A stretch of 51,293 bases of DNA from an uncultured Dehalococcoidales bacterium (GTDB lineage: Bacteria; Chloroflexota; Dehalococcoidia; Dehalococcoidales; CAZFRL01), in contig CAZFRL010000004.1 in the NCBI GenBank assembly GCA_964521325.1, positions 1 through 51,293 of the forward strand, read 5' to 3'. The notes beneath the pieces are model-generated. The model did no database searches. It was given only the letters and a program-made list of their open reading frames with translations, and had not been told where the DNA came from. The position numbers and the translations under genes are program-made. Of this stretch, positions 46,961 to 51,293 are shown piece by piece; within the stretch, counting starts at the first letter, position 1; each line of letters begins with the position of its first letter.

Positions 46961-47191
46961 ATGAAGGCGGATGCCACTCTTGACTGCATCGGATTATATT
47001 GTCCCATGCCCATTGCCCACACCGCCAAAAAACTCGAGGAGCTGGAAGTAGGGCAGGTATTGGAGGTCCTGGCTGATGACGAGGGTATTAAGGAGGACAT
47101 GCCTGCTTGGTGCCGTACCACGGGAAATGAGCTGTTAGGTATTGAGGAAGAAGGTGGAGGATACAAGGTTTATATCAGGAAATCCAAGTAG
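46961..47191 (+). CDS. tusA: Sulfurtransferase TusA family
   Basis: LDCIGLYCPMP, GQVLEVLADD, DMPAWC. Confidence 0.9.
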   Translation: MKADATLDCIGLYCPMPIAHTAKKLEELEVGQVLEVLADDEGIKEDMPAWCRTTGNELLGIEEEGGGYKVYIRKSK

Positions 47192-47257
47192 GAAGTAAGA
47201 CTGAGTGGAATCCAGCGAAGAAAAATTCATGTGAATAACCTTTACTAGGGGTGAGAG

Positions 47258-47944
47258 ATGAATCTTAAGGCTCTATATAAGTTAGGTTACGGTCTGTATG
47301 TAGTAAGCTCAAGGAAGGGAGACAAACTCAATGGGCAAATCGCCAACACCGTGTTTCAAGTTACCTCTGAGCCGCCGACTATTGCCGTAAGCATCAACGA
47401 AGATAACCTAACCCATGAGTTTATTAAAGAAAGCGGAGTGTTTGCTGCTTCTGTCTTGTCTCAGGATACTCCCCTCTCTTTTATCGGTCACTTTGGTTTC
47501 AAGTCAGGTAGAGATATAGATAAACTGGAGGGCATTAACTATAAAATAGGTGAAACGCAAGCCCCTGTAGTTACTGATAATACCTTGGCTTATCTGGAAG
47601 CCAGGGTGGTTCAGGCAGTAGATGTGGGAACACATACTATTTTTGTAGGCGAGCTTGTGGGAGCCGATGTTCTTAGAGAAGGCGAGCCTATGACCTATGC
47701 CTATTATCATCAGGTCAAGCGGGGCACCACTCCCAAGACTGCCCCGGTTTATGTTGAGGAGGAAAAGATGGAAGCTATTAAAGCACCGAAGTACAGGTGC
47801 ACCGTTTGTGGTTATGTCTATGACCCAGAACTGGGAGACCCGGACGGTGGCATCGCCCCAGGGACACCATTTGAAAAAATACCTGATGACTGGGTGTGTC
47901 CTGTCTGCGGGGCGGCTAAGAGTGAGTTTGAAAAGATAGAATAA
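47258..47944 (+). CDS. Flavin reductase-rubredoxin fusion (high-molecular-weight rubredoxin)
   Basis: [26 protein letters not shown], then CTVCGYVYD...DDWVCPVCG. Confidence 0.9.
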   Translation: MNLKALYKLGYGLYVVSSRKGDKLNGQIANTVFQVTSEPPTIAVSINEDNLTHEFIKESGVFAASVLSQDTPLSFIGHFGFKSGRDIDKLEGINYKIGETQAPVVTDNTLAYLEARVVQAVDVGTHTIFVGELVGADVLREGEPMTYAYYHQVKRGTTPKTAPVYVEEEKMEAIKAPKYRCTVCGYVYDPELGDPDGGIAPGTPFEKIPDDWVCPVCGAAKSEFEKIE

Positions 47945-47961
47945 AAAGGGGGTAAAAAAAT

Positions 47962-48339
47962 ATGACAGTACAAAAGCAGGTCTATAGGTGTAATGTTTGC
48001 GGTAATATAGTTGAAGTATTACATGTCGGAAAAGGGGAATTGGTCTGTTGCGGACAGCCCATGGAGTTGCTCCAGGAGAAAACAGCAGACGTTGGTCTGG
48101 AAAAGCATGTCCCTGTCGTAGAAACGAGCGATAGAGGAACAAGAGTCAAGGTTGGTGACGTTCCTCACCCCATGGAGGAAAAGCACTACATAGAGTGGAT
48201 TGAGTTAATCACTGACGGCGATGGTTGCCGAAAGTTTCTCAAGCCTGGCGATAAGCCGGAAGCAGAGTTTGAAGTCGGGCCACGTAAGGTAACCGCCAGG
48301 GAGTATTGCAACATCCACGGCTTGTGGAAATCCAGCTAA
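47962..48339 (+). CDS. dfx: Desulfoferrodoxin (superoxide reductase)
   Basis: [26 protein letters not shown]. Confidence 0.95.
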   Translation: MTVQKQVYRCNVCGNIVEVLHVGKGELVCCGQPMELLQEKTADVGLEKHVPVVETSDRGTRVKVGDVPHPMEEKHYIEWIELITDGDGCRKFLKPGDKPEAEFEVGPRKVTAREYCNIHGLWKSS

Positions 48340-48359
48340 AAATTTTACACTAATAAATA

Positions 48360-48962
48360 ATGGAGGTGATAAAAATGATGGTAGTAGATAGGTTAGCCCC
48401 CGATTTTGAGGGAACTGCTTACCTTGATGGCAAGGTACAGAAGATAAGATTGTCTGATTATAGGGGGGAATGGGTTTTAGTTTGCTTCTACCCGGGAGAT
48501 TTCACCTATGTTTGTGCCACTGAGGTTGCCGGGATAATCAGGAACTACGAGAACTTAAGGCAATTTGGCGGGCGGGGTATAGCTATAAGCGCTGACTCTA
48601 TTCATTCGCACAAGGTTTGGGCAGAAACCAGCCCAGCCATAACCACTGCCCTAAAAGAAACGGGTAGAAAGTTTCCCCCGATGCCTATGGTTGCTGACCC
48701 AACCTTTGAGATAGGCAGGAAGTACGGGGTTGTTGATGAGGAGACGGGTGTTGAAACCAGAGGTAGATTCATCGTAGACCCTGATGGGATAGTAAGAGGT
48801 TATGAAGTCTTGAATGCTACTGTAGGCAGGAATCTGGAGGAGACCTTCAGACAGCTACAAGCCTTCAAATTTGTCAGGGACACAAGAAAGGTTACTCCAG
48901 CAGGATGGAAACCAGGCGAAGAGGGAATAGAGCCAACGATAGAAAATGCTGGTAGAATTTAG
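48360..48962 (+). CDS. Peroxiredoxin (AhpC/TSA, PrxU-like, no resolving Cys)
   Basis: YPGDFTYVCATE peroxidatic motif; RGRFIVDPDG; C-terminal VTPAGWKPG. Confidence 0.9.
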   Translation: MEVIKMMVVDRLAPDFEGTAYLDGKVQKIRLSDYRGEWVLVCFYPGDFTYVCATEVAGIIRNYENLRQFGGRGIAISADSIHSHKVWAETSPAITTALKETGRKFPPMPMVADPTFEIGRKYGVVDEETGVETRGRFIVDPDGIVRGYEVLNATVGRNLEETFRQLQAFKFVRDTRKVTPAGWKPGEEGIEPTIENAGRI

Positions 48963-48990
48963 TTAAAAATCAGTCAATGGAGGTGAAAAA

Positions 48991-49284
48991 ATGGACTTCA
49001 GTAATCCTTTTGGAACTGTGGTGCCCCGAAAGATGAATGCCAATGAGCTAGCCAGGGCTATAATGCAGGATATAGCTGCCGAGCTGGATGCTGTTGCTCT
49101 CTACCAGGCTCATATTGACGCTACCGACGATGAGCGGGCTAAGAAAGTGCTAGCTCACGCTCGGGATGATGAAAAAGAGCATGCCGGGGAATTTCTGGCA
49201 CTACTGGAGATTCTCGACCCCAAGCAGGCGGAATACATCAAGAAGGGGAAGGTAGAGATTGCTGAATTATTAGAGGGAAAGTAG
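48991..49284 (+). CDS. Short ferritin-like protein (EncFtn/Flp-like)
   Basis: AELDAVALY, HARDDEKEHAGEFL; 97 aa half-bundle. Confidence 0.75.
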   Translation: MDFSNPFGTVVPRKMNANELARAIMQDIAAELDAVALYQAHIDATDDERAKKVLAHARDDEKEHAGEFLALLEILDPKQAEYIKKGKVEIAELLEGK

Positions 49285-49402
49285 TCCTATTAGTGGCTCA
49301 CTGGTCAAAGGCTTTGATTCTTGGGGGTACTAATGTATGTTGGCTTTAAAGCAACTCCCCATCTGAACTGCGAAGCGTAGTAAGCAAAGGGCATCTTAAC
49401 TG

Positions 49403-51112
49403 CTAACTTCGGCCAAACTCTTTTTCTAACTGCCCTGAGCTTAAGTGAATCATCGTTGGTCTGCCATGGGGACAGGTATGAGGAATAGCTACCTGCTCCA
49501 GCTGCCGTATTAGTTCACGCATTTCGTCATCGGTTAACACCTGCCCGGCCCTCACTGCACTGTGGCAAGCCATAGATATAGCTATACCTTCTGCCCAGTC
49601 ACTCCCCCCCGATAAGGAGTCCAGTAATTCCCGCAGCATCCCCGCCCAGTCTTTGTTATAAAGTAAAGCTGGCACTGTCCGGACTAGATAGGTCCTGTCA
49701 CCAAAAGGCTCGATAGAGAAGCCAAATTCAGTCAGATTTTCATAATTTGATTTCAGAACTTCCGCCTGTTTGGGATTAACCTCAAATGTCATCGGCTCAA
49801 GCAGTCCCTGAACCTCTATTTCTTGCTGTGACCTCTGGTGCTTAATCTTCTCAAAAAGGACACGTTCATGGGCGGCATGCTGGTCAATAAGATATAATCC
49901 ATCACCACCCTCAGCTATAATATAGCTGTTAGATAGCTGACCTATTACCCGTAGAATGGGTAGAGATACCGCTGGAGTCTGGGGAGATACTGGTGGCAAG
50001 GTGCCAGGACTACTAATCCCGGCTGATGTCCACAATTCTTGCCTTGGCGGTGGGGGAGAAACATAGGCTGTAGCTACCTCCTCAATTTTGGGCACCGGTA
50101 CTTGCTCAATTAAAGCCCGGCGTACTGTCCTCTGGACGGTGGTAAAAATCATATGTTCATGGTGAAATTTCACCTCAGTCTTGGTCGGATGAATATTAAC
50201 ATCTATCTGCTCCGGTGGTAGTGAAATATTGACAATAGCAATAGGATGTTTCCCTACCATCAAAAGCCCGTGGTAAGCCTCTTCTACTGCCCGAGCCAGC
50301 AGACGGCTATTTATCCAGCGGTGGTTAATAAAGGAGCTAAGGTAACCTCTGCCTGAGCGGCTTATCGCCGGTGAGCCGACCATGCCGGCTACTACAGGCG
50401 ATGAAGCCTCCGCCTGTCTCTCCCAGCCTCCATCCCCACTCTTAATTTCCAGCATGTTCTGGGCTACCTCAACACCATAAACCTCAATTATGCTATCTAT
50501 TAGCCGACCATTGCCCGGTGTTCGCAGTGCCTGCCTGCCATCAATAAGCAGGGTAAACTTAACCTCGGGAAAGGCGAGGGCATATTGAGTTACCACGTTA
50601 GCTATGTGACTGTTTTCCGTAGCCCGCGACTTGAGGAACTTTAGTCTGGCTGGCACCTTGCGGAAGAGATTGTGCACTGTAACCGTAGTCCCTTGAGAGC
50701 GCCCGTGACTTTCCTTATTTTCAACCACGCCATCGGTCACAGTAAGGGAAGTGCCTACTGATTCACCAACAGCACCGGTAACAATATCCACCTTGGCTAC
50801 AGCCGCTATGCTAGGTAACGCCTCACCACGAAAGCCGAGGCTGTTTATTGACTCCAAATCCTCGAGATTGCCTATCTTACTGGTAGCATATCGTTCAAAG
50901 GCAAGTTCCACCTCCTCAGATGGAATGCCAACTCCATTATCCGTCACCCGAATCAAGCTTACCCCACCACCCCTCACCTCGATAGCAATCTGGCTGGCAC
51001 CAGCATCCAGTGAATTCTCCACCAGCTCCTTTACCACCGAGGCTGGTCTCTCTACCACTTCACCAGCGGCAATCCTTGATACTATCTTGGGGTCTAAAAC
51101 TTTAACTGGCAT
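49403..51112 (-). CDS. mutL: DNA mismatch repair endonuclease MutL
   Basis: KELVENSLDA, GFRGEAL, DVNIHPTK, DQHAAHERVLFE, CPHGRP. Confidence 0.97.
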   Translation of the reverse strand: MPVKVLDPKIVSRIAAGEVVERPASVVKELVENSLDAGASQIAIEVRGGGVSLIRVTDNGVGIPSEEVELAFERYATSKIGNLEDLESINSLGFRGEALPSIAAVAKVDIVTGAVGESVGTSLTVTDGVVENKESHGRSQGTTVTVHNLFRKVPARLKFLKSRATENSHIANVVTQYALAFPEVKFTLLIDGRQALRTPGNGRLIDSIIEVYGVEVAQNMLEIKSGDGGWERQAEASSPVVAGMVGSPAISRSGRGYLSSFINHRWINSRLLARAVEEAYHGLLMVGKHPIAIVNISLPPEQIDVNIHPTKTEVKFHHEHMIFTTVQRTVRRALIEQVPVPKIEEVATAYVSPPPPRQELWTSAGISSPGTLPPVSPQTPAVSLPILRVIGQLSNSYIIAEGGDGLYLIDQHAAHERVLFEKIKHQRSQQEIEVQGLLEPMTFEVNPKQAEVLKSNYENLTEFGFSIEPFGDRTYLVRTVPALLYNKDWAGMLRELLDSLSGGSDWAEGIAISMACHSAVRAGQVLTDDEMRELIRQLEQVAIPHTCPHGRPTMIHLSSGQLEKEFGRS

Positions 51113-51180
51113 GCTAAACCTAACCTAAGTGAATTATACACGGTTTCGTGTATGCTGTCAATACTTGGAGGTTACATTAG

Positions 51181-51232
51181 AATAAAAAAGCCAGCCCTGC
51201 TGCCACACTAAACGTAGCGCCACAAGCTGGCT
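51181..51232 (-). terminator. Terminator after tRNA-Gly
   Basis: AGCCAGC...GCTGGCT stem followed by TTTTTATT on the minus strand. Confidence 0.6.
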
Positions 51233-51241
51233 GAGATTTGC

Positions 51242-51293
51242 TGGAGCGGAAGACGAGATTCGAACTCGCGACCCTCTCCTTGGCAAGGAGATG
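51242..51293 (-). tRNA. tRNA-Gly(GCC), 5' part beyond window edge
   Basis: Minus strand TCTCC-TTGCCAA-GGAGA anticodon arm, GCGAG-TTCGAAT-CTCGT T-arm, CCA end. Confidence 0.92.

Noticed and set aside
48500-48520. Selenocysteine in the peroxiredoxin
   Set aside because: The codon is TGT, not TGA; no in-frame TGA was seen in any redox gene here.
1-51293. CRISPR arrays, rRNA genes, prophage structural genes, reductive dehalogenases
   Set aside because: No regularly spaced repeats, rRNA signatures, phage hallmark genes or rdhAB motifs were seen.

Overview
Mostly housekeeping DNA from an anaerobic bacterium. Gene content suggests Chloroflexota/Dehalococcoidia (inference, not searched). Core genes: rimI, ruvB, rpoBC, ogt, recG, 3x degV plus DAK2 (fatty-acid kinase), rpmB, rpe, argJBD-hydrolase-argGH, smpB, tmRNA, a core-type methionine synthase, mutL and a partial tRNA-Gly. 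There is also an ECF sigma/anti-sigma locus with secreted target genes, and a roughly 7 kb iron/sulfur/oxidative-stress cluster (ferritin-like proteins, IscS/IscU, DsrE/TusA, rubredoxin, superoxide reductase, peroxiredoxin). Two visibly AT-rich accessory islands each carry a three-gene toxin-antitoxin-like module. Island 1 (~4640-6900) is a translationally coupled ClpP/SDH-type serine protease - atypical MazE-like antitoxin - MazF operon, and is the best candidate for an undescribed system. Island 2 (19457-21322) is a decayed IS1-family-like element carrying a RelE/HigB toxin, an HTH antitoxin with a C-terminal tail and an unknown helical protein between 20-bp direct repeats. Other oddities: an IscS lacking the PLP Schiff-base lysine, a rubrerythrin-thioesterase fusion, ruvB with an apparent ATA start, an in-frame amber codon in a secreted-protein gene, an unannotated 42-aa Cys/His microprotein and a leader with a uORF and terminator. 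All calls come from reading the sequence by eye; no searches or folding programs were run.
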